Below are positions 12,429 through 27,478 of a stretch of 64,000 nt of DNA, in pieces; position 1 is the stretch's first letter, and every line of letters begins with the position of its first letter. Where the stretch lies: the NCBI GenBank assembly GCA_951406725.2, contig OX597828.1, positions 7,254,001 through 7,318,000 of the forward strand. Direction: 5' to 3'. The notes below the pieces were generated by a model that worked only from the letters and a program-made list of their open reading frames with translations, did not search any database and had not been told where the DNA came from. The translations under genes were made by a program, and so were the position numbers. Origin of the DNA: Octopus vulgaris (Eukaryota).

Positions 12429-13443
12429 TTAAGACACTTGTCCAAGGTACCACACAGTGGGACTCTACCTGAAGCCATGTGGTTGTGAAACAAGCTTCTT
12501 ACCACACAGCCACGCCTGCACCTATGTATACACATGCACACACCCCTACACAGGCACGGCGGGCTTCTTTCAGTTTCCATCTACCAAATCAACCCACAAG
12601 GCTTCGCACACACACACACACCGACTCTCACATTTATACCACATGTATGTACATGTATTTTCTACGCTATACATGGATGTGTGTGCCTGTATGTTTCACA
12701 AGTGTGCTAGTGAGTGTATATTTCACATCCATGGGGTGTGCCTGTACATTATAGAACTATACGTGTGTGTCTGTGTGAATGTTTATTACATATCTTTGTG
12801 TGTATATGTATTTTACATAACCATTTGTGTATTTGTATAGTACATGTTCTTGTTATGTGTATATATTATTTTATTCTTTTATTTGTTTCAGTCATGTGAC
12901 TGCGGCCGTGTTGTCAGATTCTTGATGTGAAGTCGTGTGTTGAAACAAATATTGTATTTTGGGATGGTCATTATTATTATTTTTTTATTTTTACCAAGTA
13001 AACACGCACTATATATTCGTTCTTAACTCATTTAGAGTTAGAATAAGAACAGTAATAAACGAGTGAAGAACGAATATATTTGGCAAAAAAAAAAAAAGAA
13101 ATTAATGACCATCCCGAAATACAACAACAACAACAACACAACACACACACACACACACAGAGTTCAGCAAAAGAGACCGATAGAATAAGTTCTAGGCTTA
13201 CAAAGAATAAGACCTTGGGTCGATTTCTTCGACTAAAATCGCTTTAAAGCGGTGCTCCGTCATGGCCGCAGACAAAACTGAAACAAGTAAAAGAATAAAA
13301 GAATATAATATATATATACATACATACACATATACATACATATATATATATATATACATATATATGTATATATACATATATATGTATGTATATATATATA
13401 CATACACATATACATACATATATATATATATACATACATACAC

Positions 13444-13480
<37 letters not shown>

Positions 13481-13581
13481 TCCCGGGTTGATTCGGGGTT
13501 AACCACAGTAAGTAAGGTACTCAATACATAGCAGAGTAAAATTAATTTATTTAATTTATTATATAGAAGCTCCTTCTATAT

Positions 13582-13675
<94 letters not shown>

Positions 13676-14768
13676 TAAACCCGCGAACCTTTAATATTAG
13701 AAATAGTAGCAAATCTCCTTCAGCTGACACCCTGCCGTCTTAGATACGGACTATGAAAACATTCCGCATGCGCTGTCCCTGAGAAAATGGCAGGAATGGT
13801 ATGGCTGGAACGCCTTACTCCATAAGTCTGTTCGAACAGGGCTTTCGTGGTTTGAGTAACAACAATAACACACACACGCACATACACACACACACACACT
13901 TATACACAAACATACAAGACAAGTATATAATATACGTATACACACGGGGTGCCTGCGCACATACACACACACACACACTTACAAACATACAAGAGAAGAA
14001 CACATTACACACATACAGACGCATATACAGGCGCACGCACCACACATACACACACACACACACACACATGACATGAAATACAAGCATGACGAAATCCATA
14101 CATCAACAAAAAGTGATAGAGCGCGAAGAGGAAAGAGAAAGAGTGACAGAGAGAGAGAGAGAGAGAGAAAATAAGAAAGAAAATAAGAGAGAAGAGGGAG
14201 TGAGTGAGAGAGAGAGAGAGCGCGAGGGCTTTAAGAGAATGAGAGAGGGGGATACTGGGACAGTCAGATGATATAAATAGAATGAAGACCGAAGGCGGAA
14301 AATACGGTAGTGATAGATAGAGAGAGGGTTGAGAGTAAGAGAAGAAAAGGTGAGAAGAAAGAGTGAGAGAGTGAAAGAGGGGAGTGACAGGTGGTGGTGT
14401 CGAAAATGTCAGCTGCGCGGAAAGAGGGCTTCCATCGTCCTGTTTGCCTGACTGACTGCCGAGATGTCTGTCTGTATGTCTAGCCCCCATTGTACAGTAG
14501 TGGCAGGCAAGGCCCTCCTCCTCCCCTGCCCTTCTCCCTCTTCCCTCTTCCCACCTCCCCCGCCCCCCCCGCTACACACTTTTCATTCATTGTTTGCTCA
14601 TTCATTCATTCATTAGCAGTGAATCACCACCACACGGCTTCACACATCCACGTTACACATGCACGCACACGTACGCACATACGCAGACGTACACTCACTA
14701 CACAGAAATGTGATTACGACACGGCCTCTTACGCTACATGGTTGTATGTACGTATGTATGTATATATT

Positions 14769-14799
<31 letters not shown>

Positions 14800-15059
14800 T
14801 GTGTGTGTGTATGGTGTATTGTATGTGTATGTGTAAGGCGACACTAGCAGCTGTGTTATGTTGATTTGCGTATGCTTCTGTTGTATGTTATGAGGTTTTT
14901 TCTCCATATATATCTAGAGATTGCCGTTGTGTTCGTGTGTTCGTGTCATCGCCGTCCGTCTCGCCATCGTCGTCGTCGTCGTCATCGTCGTTCTGTTTTT
15001 CTTTTTCGTTTTTTCTTAAAATTTTTTTGTTTTGTTTTGATTCTGCTTCTGCTCTGACA

Positions 15060-15370
15060 TCACAATAGCTACAACCACCACCACCGCCGCCACCACACAA
15101 CATCCACCACCACCAACACTACCATAACCACCACCGTGACTATCACCGCCGCTGTTAACAACAATAACAAACAACTGTAACAACACCACCGTGACCACGA
15201 GTATTACATCGTCCGCTCCTAACCACCCGTCATCGCCGTCACCGCACCCGTTCTCCGTATCCCCGTCCTTGGAACCAACTTTGCGGTTTTTACTACTACT
15301 CCTACTACAACTACTACCACCACCACCACCACCACCACCACCACCACCACCACTACTACTACTGTTACTT

Positions 15371-15402
<32 letters not shown>

Positions 15403-15409
15403 GTTACTT

Positions 15410-15470
<61 letters not shown>

Positions 15471-15618
15471 AATCTATTTTAGGTTACTACAAACTAATAC
15501 ACTCACCACTACCTCCGCAGCCAGCACAAATTACTATTACTACAAATACCAGTAACAGCAGCAGTAACACCACCACCACCACCACCACCAACACTACGAC
15601 AATAAGACCAACAAAAAT

Positions 15619-15654
<36 letters not shown>

Positions 15655-15903
15655 AACTACTATTACTACTAATAACTAACTAACTAACTGACTAATTTAG
15701 TAAACCCATCACTACTACCACCAACACCGCCGCAGCCGCCGCCACCAGGAGTTATAGCTATCTCCACCGACACCACCACCACCACCACCACTGACGCTAC
15801 TATAACTAACACCACCAACCCCTTTGCCTCCACTACCGCTAACGCCACCAGCACATAACTCCGCCAACGCCGCTCCACCACCACCACCACAACCACCACC
15901 ACC

Positions 15904-15941
<38 letters not shown>

Positions 15942-15942
15942 A

Positions 15943-15976
<34 letters not shown>

Positions 15977-15995
15977 TAGTTATTACAACTACAAG
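15060..15995. repeat. Compound (CCA)n/(CTA)n/(CCG)n trinucleotide low-complexity block
   Basis: Direct reading of the sequence. It produces spurious poly-P/L/T/V/S/G ORFs on both strands. Confidence 0.9.
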
Positions 15996-16051
15996 CATCG
16001 CCGTCGCCGACACCGCACTCAACCGTTGCGTGTATTATAAAACTGTGAATA

Positions 16052-16087
16052 ATGTCAGCTGATCTCAACAGCGTGCAAATGTCTATG
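16052..16087 (+). CDS. Candidate first coding exon (MSADLNSVQMSM), gene unidentified
   Basis: ATG in context aATAATGT in unique sequence after the trinucleotide block, followed by a weak phase-0 donor GTGGGG. No homology recognised. Confidence 0.2.
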
Positions 16088-16148
16088 GTGGGGAGGAATT
16101 GCAAACCGGCTTATCTCGGTTACTCTGTGTGTGTGTGTGCTTGTGTGC

Positions 16149-16180
<32 letters not shown>

Positions 16181-17424
16181 ATGTGTGTTTGTGCCTGTGG
16201 TAAGAGATTGGGGTTTGCTACGAGTTTTATTAAGGTTTCGTGTGTACGTACGTACATACGTATCATACGTATGTATGTACGTACGCATGTGCGTAACGTA
16301 AGCCAGTGTTTAGTTACATTAGGTTAAAAGTGCAGTCACTCAACTCTGTGTGTGTGTGTGTGTGTATATATATATACATCTGTGTATGTGAGTGTTTGTG
16401 TGTGTATCTGTGCGTATGTATTGGTGTGTTCGTGGGTCTACATATGAGTATATGTTATGAGAGTATATATATATTTATATATTTATGAATATATATCTAT
16501 GTATGTGTGTATGTGTGATGGATGTGTATGTGTGTGTGTGGATGGGTGGATATGTGTGTGTTTATGAGTGTGTGTGTCCTAAGTCGTCATGTATATATAT
16601 ATATTCTTCTGTTCTTTTAGTTGTTTCGGTCATTTCACTGCGGCCGTGCTGGAGCACCGCCCTTAGTCGAGCAAATCAACCCTTGGACTTATTCTTTGTA
16701 AACCTAGTATTTATTCTATTAAGTTACGGGGACGTAAACACCCCCATCATCGGTTGTGAAGTGATGGTGGAAGGAAATACATACAAACATACATATATAT
16801 ACTTTTGGGTCTGCTGTAGGTAATACATGTCTTTTGTGGGGTCCGGGGACGGCAAACGTAAGGGCCGTCCCGGGCAGCACTCACTCTAGCTATGCTAGTG
16901 ACAATGGGCTTCTTTCAGTTTCTGTCTATGAAATCCACTCACTAGGCTTTGGTCGGCCCGAAGGCTATGGTGGGAGACGTCTGCCCAAGGATCCACGAAA
17001 TGGAACGGAATTCGGAACCATGTCGGTGTGGACCAAACTTCTTTCTACAGAACCATGCATGCGCCTACAGCTCCCCACACAAATACACACACACACATCT
17101 ATACATATACACGCACTCACCTACATACACATACACACAAAAACACACATATTGTGTTGTCCGCTCTCATTATTTAATCCAGGTGAAACCTGGTGAAAGA
17201 TTTTCCAATCGTGACCATCGCCTCTTTGCAGATTATATAGGACAACATAATCTAAAGTGATGTTTCCTTATTCCACAGAAAGTAAGGTTTGATTTGAGGG
17301 AAATAAGGTTGCTATTTCTAGCACATCATGCTGCCATGTTGACCATCTGTTGTCATTTAGGTGGGGTTAGTTATGTCTGCCTGTCTGTATGTATGTATGC
17401 CTGTCTGTATGTCTATGTATGTAG

Positions 17425-17590
17425 GGAGAGTTTAAGAAGAAAACAAAAGACGAAGACAGGTGGTGTACAAAACAAACAGATGTATTAGTATAACGCTTAG
17501 GAATAGAAAAAGTCTTTTACGTTTCGAGCCTACGCTCTTCTACAGAAAGGGACACATGAAAAAACAAGGAGAGAAAAAAATGTGTGTAGT
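17425..17590 (-). mobile_element. Penelope-like pseudo-LTR fragment with hammerhead-like motif
   Basis: Reverse strand ctttCTGTAGAagagcgtaggctcGAAACGTAaaag. Homologous to 34370-34570 and 55105-55300. Confidence 0.65.
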
Positions 17591-17615
17591 GGCTAACAAT
17601 CTATCATGGTGACTG

Positions 17616-17649
<34 letters not shown>

Positions 17650-18008
17650 TGTATGTATGTATGTATGTATGTATGTATGTATGCATGTATGTATGTATGT
17701 ACGTGCGTGTACTTATATCTGTGTATACGTATATACCTACGTATGAGCTTGTGTGTATGTAGGTGTGTGTATATATATGTATGACGAGGGAAAGAGAGTG
17801 AGCTACATATACATACATATGTGTGTGTGCGCGTGCGCGCACGTACTTATATATATATATGTGGAGAGGCATACGTATGTATATGCAAGTGCGTATATAT
17901 GTACGTATGCATTTGTAAGTATGTCTATGTGTACAAATGTGTACAAATGTACGATTGTTAGTGTGACTCTGTATGTGTGTGTATGTTATGCGTGTGTGTA
18001 TACGCGCG

Positions 18009-18062
<54 letters not shown>

Positions 18063-18619
18063 CCTTTGGCTATTGTTGTTTAGTCACATGAGCTAACACA
18101 CCTTTTGATCAAAGACATTCCAGTTGTGACCCACCCGTGTTTTTTCTCTATGTAGCGAACGCACATTATTCAATGTGTGCCATTTTCTTAGACAGTATGG
18201 TGTGATTTTATCGGGATTTGACTACTATTTCTACAAAGTCGGAGGAAAACCACCGAGAGACTCATCTCGTTGGATACTCTCTTACTCTTTACTCTTTTAC
18301 TTGTTTCATTCATGTGACTGTAGCCATGCTGGAGCATCGCCTTTAGTCGAGCAAATCGACCCTAGGACTTATTCTTTGTAAGCCTAGTACTTAATCGATC
18401 GGTCTCTTTTGCCGAACCACTAAGTTACGGGGACGTAGTGGTAGTTGGTGACAAACACAAGCACAGATACAAAATACACACACACACACACACCTCGTTG
18501 ACATCGTAACGAAAAGTTTCGCGAGAATGTGGAATAATTCTGATTTTGGAATTGGTTTTCGAAGTAATATAAAGCTAGAGATTGTGGCAAGTGAATGTTG
18601 GGTTGAAGAACACTTTTAG

Positions 18620-18690
18620 GCTGCTCGTGGGACACGAACCCATGTCTCCGGTAAACAACACGGGTGTTCTACTATTGTACCACCAGCAGC
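18620..18690 (-). pseudogene. tRNA-like 71-nt sequence (pseudo-tRNA or SINE head, GTT at anticodon position)
   Basis: GCTGCT...AGCAGC acceptor-like stem, TGGTACAATAGTAGAAC D-arm-like segment and TGGG-TTCGTGT-CCCA T-arm. The anticodon stem is broken and there is no oligo-T terminator. Confidence 0.55.
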
Positions 18691-18927
18691 ATCAGCCTTC
18701 GACTTTCTCTATCCAAAAGGGTTTAGCTTCATATGTACTTCGAATACCAATTCCCAAAATGAATGGGTGTATATGTGCGTGTGTGCACGCGTGCGTGTTT
18801 GAGTGCGCGCATGTGTGTGCATATGTGTCTGTAAGTATGCATGGGTGCATACTTACAGGTGCATATATTCAGGGATATAGGTAAATATATATGAGTATAT
18901 ATGTATAACATCTGTATATCTGTCTAC

Positions 18928-18973
<46 letters not shown>

Positions 18974-19386
18974 AACTATCTATCTATCGATCTATATTAG
19001 CATTAGAGTAGATAAGTATGACAATCGATAAATATATACAATGGCTTTTTAGCTAGATTAATAGCTAGATACATAAGTAGAGAGATAGATACATAGGTAG
19101 AGAGAGAGAGGGAGAGAGAAAGGAAAAGAGAGACAGAGTGAGAGGGGGAAGAGAGAAGGGGAAGAGGAGAAGAGAGAGGGAGAGAGAAGGAGGGAGAAGG
19201 AGGCGGAAAATGAGATAGATAGGTCGGTGATCGATGAAGCGCCGGACAAAAGGTGTTGCGTAGCTGAACTCGGCCTTTTATCCTTCCAGGCGCCTTGAAT
19301 CTAAAATGGTGGACTATCGGAAACGTTAGAGCGACAGATTGCATACGGTGAAGAATTTCTTCCGGCCCTTTGTATTTTGTACTCAG

Positions 19387-19491
19387 ATTCCACCCTGGCT
19401 AACTTGTGTTCCAAGCATAATCTATCCACCGACTGGCCCTTACCGGCGTCCAACCTTTGGCCAGCATTCTTCTCATTTCCCCGGCCTGAAG
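19387..19491 (+). CDS. Candidate internal exon (105 nt, IPPWLTCVPSIIYPPTGPYRRPTFGQHSSHFPGLK)
   Basis: ccctttgtattttgtactcAG acceptor, AAG|GTGACT donor, phase 0/0, open frame, in a unique island between microsatellites. No homology recognised. Confidence 0.25.
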
Positions 19492-19571
19492 GTGACTGGC
19501 ACGACACCTCTCCCAGACTTGAAGGCTCTGCAATGGGTCATGCACTAAGCCTTTCCTTCCTAATAAAGACA

Positions 19572-19655
<84 letters not shown>

Positions 19656-19796
19656 CCTCTCTCTTTCTCTCTCTCTCTCTATATATATATATTTATCTAC
19701 CCCCTCTCTCTCTATCTATCTATCAATCTCTCTCTCTATCTCTATCTATCTATCTATCTCTCCCTCACCCATCCCTCTCTCTCTATCTACCCCCCA

Positions 19797-19873
<77 letters not shown>

Positions 19874-19958
19874 CCTCCCCACCTCTCTCTCTCTCTCTTT
19901 CTCTCTCTGTCTGTCTGTCTATCTATCTCTCTATCTGTCTGTCTGTTTATCTACCTTA

Positions 19959-20003
<45 letters not shown>

Positions 20004-20472
20004 GGATAGATAGACACACTGACAGAGACGTAGATAGATAGATGGATACATACATGCATGTATCCATCCATCCATCCATGCATCCATGCATCCATCTATC
20101 CATCCATCCATCCATCCATACCATACATACATACGTACGTAGGTACGTAAGGAAACTTTTATGCACAATGTTTAGAAACCCTAAAAGATGACGGAAATGG
20201 GTGAAAGTAGGGTCAGAAAGCAACAATAAGTCAAGCAAAGAAAGACAGCGGTGATAATTAAAAGTGGATGTGGAGCAGAGAGGATAAAACATAAGAAGAC
20301 GGAAAAGTGAACCGTTAAAGTGCCATAAAGTGGAGAGAGGGGGTGGGGCATGGCTGGGTCTGGGGTAGTGTTGGGAATTTCGGGAACATACATAGCTACA
20401 TTCATACAACCCTACATGCATTCATATACATGTATATATGTTCGTTCATATATACAAATACGCACATATATA

Positions 20473-20546
<74 letters not shown>

Positions 20547-20556
20547 CATAATATAC

Positions 20557-20938
20557 AGGCGTAGGAGTGGGTGTGTGGTAAGTAGCTTGCTTACAAACCA
20601 GATGGTTCCGGGTTCAGTCCCACTGCGTGGCACCGTGGGCATGTGTCTTCTACTATAGCTTCAGGCCGACCAAACCCTTGTGAGTGGATTTGGTAGGTGG
20701 AAGCTGAAAGAAGCCCGTCGTATATATGTATATGTATGTGTGTGTGTGTGTGTCTGTGTTTGTCCCCCTAGCATTGCTTAACCGATGCTGGTGTGTTTAC
20801 GTCTCCGTCAGTTAGCGGTTCGGCAAAAGAACCCGATAGAATAAGTACTAGGCTTACAAAGAATAAGTCCTAGGGTCGATTTGCTCCACCATGACCACAG
20901 TCAAATGACTGAAACAAGTAATAGGGCAAAAGAGTAAA
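20557..20938 (+). mobile_element. SINE family A, full-length
   Basis: Head aggcgtaggagtgggtgtgtggtaagtagc through to tail gactgaaacaag. Confidence 0.9.
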
Positions 20939-21014
20939 CATCCATCCATCCATACATACATACGAACATACATACATATATATAATAAATGTATGTGTAT
21001 AGGTATATATGTTT

Positions 21015-21870
<856 letters not shown>

Positions 21871-22091
21871 ATATAAATAATATATAAATACATGCGTTCA
21901 TAACTGTATGTATATATGTACATGTTTATATGTACCTATATACGGATACAGACCAGCATACCTCCAGTGTTATCTTTATTTTTGTTCATACATTACCCCA
22001 CCCTCACCTCAGGTATGTACCTATACGTATATCTGTGTGTGTATAAATATGAATGTGTATACCTATGTAAAAATTTGTGTGTATGTACTAT

Positions 22092-22155
<64 letters not shown>

Positions 22156-22165
22156 AGATAGATAG

Positions 22166-22228
<63 letters not shown>

Positions 22229-22278
22229 CATATGGATATATATGCTCATAAATATGTGTTTGTATATATGTGTATACA

Positions 22279-22331
<53 letters not shown>

Positions 22332-22679
22332 AATGGAAACAATTCCAATTTTGGCCCCTTCGTCTGATTGCAGTATTAAGTATCTTGGATCCTAGTATTC
22401 AACGTATTCTAATTTCGGATGCTGGTGTGCCACATGAGGGTGATTTGACTGCTATTTTTTATGGGCTTTGTAACCAACTTGTCTCAGAAATATCGGCTTG
22501 TACTCGACAGTGCGTGATCTATCGACAAATAAGTCTCAGGGCTGCTTGGCTGGCACTGAGTACATGGAAATGGACAATGACTTCGTGTCTATGCATTCTG
22601 AAGAACATGCATGCAGTAATGTATTTGCATGTTTGCCTACATGTATGCATGTGTATATGTATGCTTTATTCTTTCTTTT

Positions 22680-23168
<489 letters not shown>

Positions 23169-23277
23169 TGTATGTATGTATGTATGTATGTATGTATGTA
23201 TGTATGCATGTATGCATGTTTGGGTGTGTGTATATGTATATATATACATATATATATATATTTATATATATATGTAT

Positions 23278-23329
<52 letters not shown>

Positions 23330-23588
23330 GTATCTATATGTGTATATGTATATACTTATGTAAATGTCGGCATGTTAGTGTTTAATTGCTATGAGTCACA
23401 AACGTTAATGTGTTGAAGGACGTGAGTGCGTTCGTTCTGAAAGCTTCAGTTTAGGTCAGGTGAAGGTATGTATGTATGTCAGTATTACAGACCTATGGTT
23501 GTATGGATCATGTGTATGTGTGTGTGTGCATGCATGTGTGTGTATGCGTGTCGTGATATGTGTGAGTTCAAGTGATTGTGAGGCGTGA

Positions 23589-23646
<58 letters not shown>

Positions 23647-23649
<3 letters not shown>

Positions 23650-23874
23650 TGGTGTGTATGTGGGTTTCTTTAAAACTAAACTGGATCTCTTCTTGTCAGG
23701 GGTTCCAGATGAACCTACCTCTCGGCAGGAAACACTGATGCGGGCAGCGGCGTCGAACTCCCTTGTTGACCAAGTGCCACGTATCAGAGGTGGTTTCACA
23801 TACTAGTGTAGCTCATTCATCGGTGGTGCCCCAGCATGGCCGCGGCCTTCGGGCTGAAACATTTTAAAGGATAA

Positions 23875-23877
<3 letters not shown>
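23647..23877 (+). mobile_element. 5'-truncated CR1-type LINE 3' end inserted in (TA)n
   Basis: HGVYVGFFKTKLDLFLSGVPDEPT...AAASNSLVDQV* followed by a short 3'UTR with a stem-loop and an AAGGAT-repeat tail. Homologous to 3470-3600 and 48485-48640. Confidence 0.85.
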
Positions 23878-23912
<35 letters not shown>

Positions 23913-23962
23913 CCGTACATATACATACATGTATGTGGATATATCTATATATAATATATATA

Positions 23963-24007
<45 letters not shown>

Positions 24008-24377
24008 ATTATATATATATGTACATATGTATTCCACTTGAACACACACACACCCACACAAACAAGCATAGCCACAGATAAATAATTAATTTACATATTT
24101 ACATACAAACACGTGTGCTGTGAACTGCATGTGTGTACATGTTTAAGTGTGATTATGTGTCTGTGTGTGTTTCACTCTGTTTGTGTGTGAAAATTGCGGG
24201 GGTGTTACGTATGCATGTTCCCCTAACTAGGCCAGATTGGGGTCACATGAACCGAAAAGGATTTTGTGTGTGCGTGTATGTGTGTGTTTGCGTTTGTTCG
24301 TGTCTGTGTGTCTCTGTGCGTGTGTTTGTGTGTTTGTGTGTGTGTGCATGTGTTTATGCGTTGTGATTGTGTGTGTG

Positions 24378-24409
<32 letters not shown>

Positions 24410-25507
24410 CATGCGTATATTCTCACCATTCGTTTTAACATTCTGTTTCCCTCACTCCCAATATTTTTTTCTTTTTCTTTTCTTTTCTTTCTTGAGGCCC
24501 CTTCTGAATCACACCCAAGTTTTATCTTAAACGAGCGGGCGAGCGCAGGCGCTCACTCACGCACAGAAACTCTCTCCCCCTCTCACTCTCACTCTCTCTC
24601 ACTCTCTCATTCACGCGCTCGCTCCCTTTTTTCTCTCAATTTCAAACTCCTTCACACATGCTCACACGCAAACTTTCTGTTACTATTGGTTCCACATACA
24701 TACATACATACATACATACATACACACATACATACATACATACATACATGCATACATGCATACACACATACATTCATACAGACATACTAACATAATACTC
24801 ACATAATACATACATACATACATACATTCATGCATACATACATACATACTAACATACATATTCACATACACATACATACATACATTACACAATTACATGC
24901 ATACATACATACTAACACGCATGCAGACATACATATATACATACATACAAAGATACATACATACATGCATACATACATACATACATCTTAGCTGCTTTCT
25001 CGTATACGAGCAAAGCCATTGCTAGAAAGAACCACTGAAATGAGTCAATGTTAATGAAATGTGAGTCCCTTGTATGACTCTTGAACCCGGTGAATGTTTT
25101 GCACATACATACATACATACATACATACATACAGACAGACAGTCAGACAGACAGACAGACAGATAGACAGACAGACAGACAGACGTATATATATGCGGTT
25201 CGGCAAAAGGGATCGATACAATAAGTAGCAGGTTAAATAAATAAAAGAAAGGAGCGGGGTTGAGTCGTTCGACTAAAATCCAAAGAATGAAAGACAACGT
25301 TCTTTAGGTACGCCTGCACCCAAACCCATGCGCAAGCACGCGCACATGCATTCTTGCACACATATACCCGAGCCAATAACAGAGCCTTCATCGATGTGAG
25401 ACCCATAAGAAATAGCTGCCAGTTCTCCCCAAAAATCACACTCAAGCTCTTCAGAAAAGGGAGGCTGCATTGGATATTCTACTAGTTAGACGTGACTATC
25501 ATCGTTG

Positions 25508-25779
25508 GCATGACTGTGGTAAGAAGCTTGCTTCCCAACCACATGGTTCCGGGTTCAGTCCCACTTCGTGGCATCTTAGGCAAGTGTCTTCTGCTATAGC
25601 TTCGGCCCAACCAAAGCCTTGAGTGGATTCGGTAGAAGGAAACTAAAAGAAGCCCGTCGTATATATATATGAAAAAAGGTTTGAAAATTCAATTTTAAAA
25701 TATGTTTATTCACTTTAGGTGAATAAACATCTTTTAAAATTGCATTTTCAAACCTTTTTTCATATATAATTCCACTTTG

Positions 25780-25853
<74 letters not shown>

Positions 25854-26057
25854 ATGCGTGTATGTCATTGTGTCTGCATTTGTCCCGCCACTATCGCTTG
25901 ACAACCGATGTTAGTGTGTTTACGTTCCTGTAACTTAGCAGTTCGTGGGCTTACAAAGACCTGCAGTCGATTTCTTCGACAAAAAAAAATGCCTTTTAAG
26001 GCGATGCTTCGGCATGGCCGCAGTCAGATGACTGAAACAAGTGAAAGAATAAAAGAA
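25508..26057 (+). mobile_element. SINE family A with hairpin insertion in its internal microsatellite
   Basis: Head 25508-25660, hairpin 25664-25768, 3' module 25870-26057. Confidence 0.85.
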
Positions 26058-26376
26058 TATATTAACATATATACACACCGCGTTGTGAAGAAACTGCTGG
26101 CGCCGACCTCTTTCCGACGAAGCCTTTTTTTGATAATAAATATTTTATAAACCAAAACCTCATAATAATAATAAGGTACTCTATATGTGTCTATGTGTGG
26201 GAGTGCGCGCGCACGTGTATGTAACCATGAATATATACATAGCCTTATACTTGAATGAATGTGTTTTGTTGCTTTCAACTCCAATAAATTTTTCTTTATT
26301 ATAAAGCTTGCTACTTATTATATCCGTCTTTTATTGCCGAAGCGCTAAGTTACGGGGGAACCTAAACACAAAACAC

Positions 26377-26537
26377 CAGTGGCTGTGTGGTAAGTAGCTT
26401 GCTTACCAGCCACATGGTTCTGGATTCAGTACCACTGCGTGGCACCTTGGGCAAGTGTCTTCTACTATAGGCCTCGGGCCGACTAAAGACTTGTGAGTAG
26501 ATTTGTTACACGGAAACTGAAAGAAGCCTGTCGTATA

Positions 26538-26604
<67 letters not shown>

Positions 26605-26808
26605 TTGTATGTATGTATGTATGTATATATATGTATATATGTATGGTGTGTTTACGTCCCTGTAACTTAGCAGTTCGGCAAAAGAGACCGATAGAATAAG
26701 TACTAGGCTTACAAATAATAAGTCATGGGGTCGATTTACTCGACTAAAGGCGGTGCTCCAGCATGGCCGCAGTCAAATGACTGAAACAAATAAAAGAATA
26801 AAAGAAAA
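26377..26808 (+). mobile_element. SINE family A
   Basis: Head, (TA)n and tail all present. An inverted 5' half follows at ~26840-26990. Confidence 0.9.
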
Positions 26809-27300
26809 GAAATATATATATATATATATATATATATATCGGCTTCTGTTAATTTCCGTTTGCAAAATGAACGCAGAAGTTATCGTTCGGGCCAAGGCTA
26901 TAGTAGGAGACACTTGCCCAAGGAGTAGGACTGAACCCAGAACTATGTTGTTAGGAAACAAACTTCTTACCACGCAGCCAACCATGCGCCAATATTTATA
27001 AGGGAGAGGTATGCAGATAGATATGTCACCATGGATACATATTTTTTGATAGATATATCTGTGTGTATGCGTGGGCATAGAAATATGCAAATATGTATAC
27101 ACACGCACACACAGACGTGTGTATGTATGCATGTTTATCAGCTGCTATAGGGATATACCAGCATATATATGCAAATATATATTTATCTTTTATATGATAG
27201 TATATATTTTGGCATATATGTTATATATGGACGGACACACACACACACATAGGTACACATATATAAACGTACATGCATATACACATATATACATGTGTGC

Positions 27301-27343
<43 letters not shown>

Positions 27344-27429
27344 TACATATACATATTTGTAAATACTATATATACATATACAGTATATAAAAAATATATG
27401 TATATACAATACACACACTTACACATATC

Positions 27430-27478
<49 letters not shown>

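Noticed and set aside
16036-16042. TATAAAA as a TATA box for the ATG at 16052
   Set aside because: Too close: transcription would start downstream of that ATG. The motif is also common in AT-rich DNA.
15191-16104. Poly-P/L/T and poly-V/S/G ORFs
   Set aside because: Trinucleotide repeats read in several frames, with no unique coding signature.
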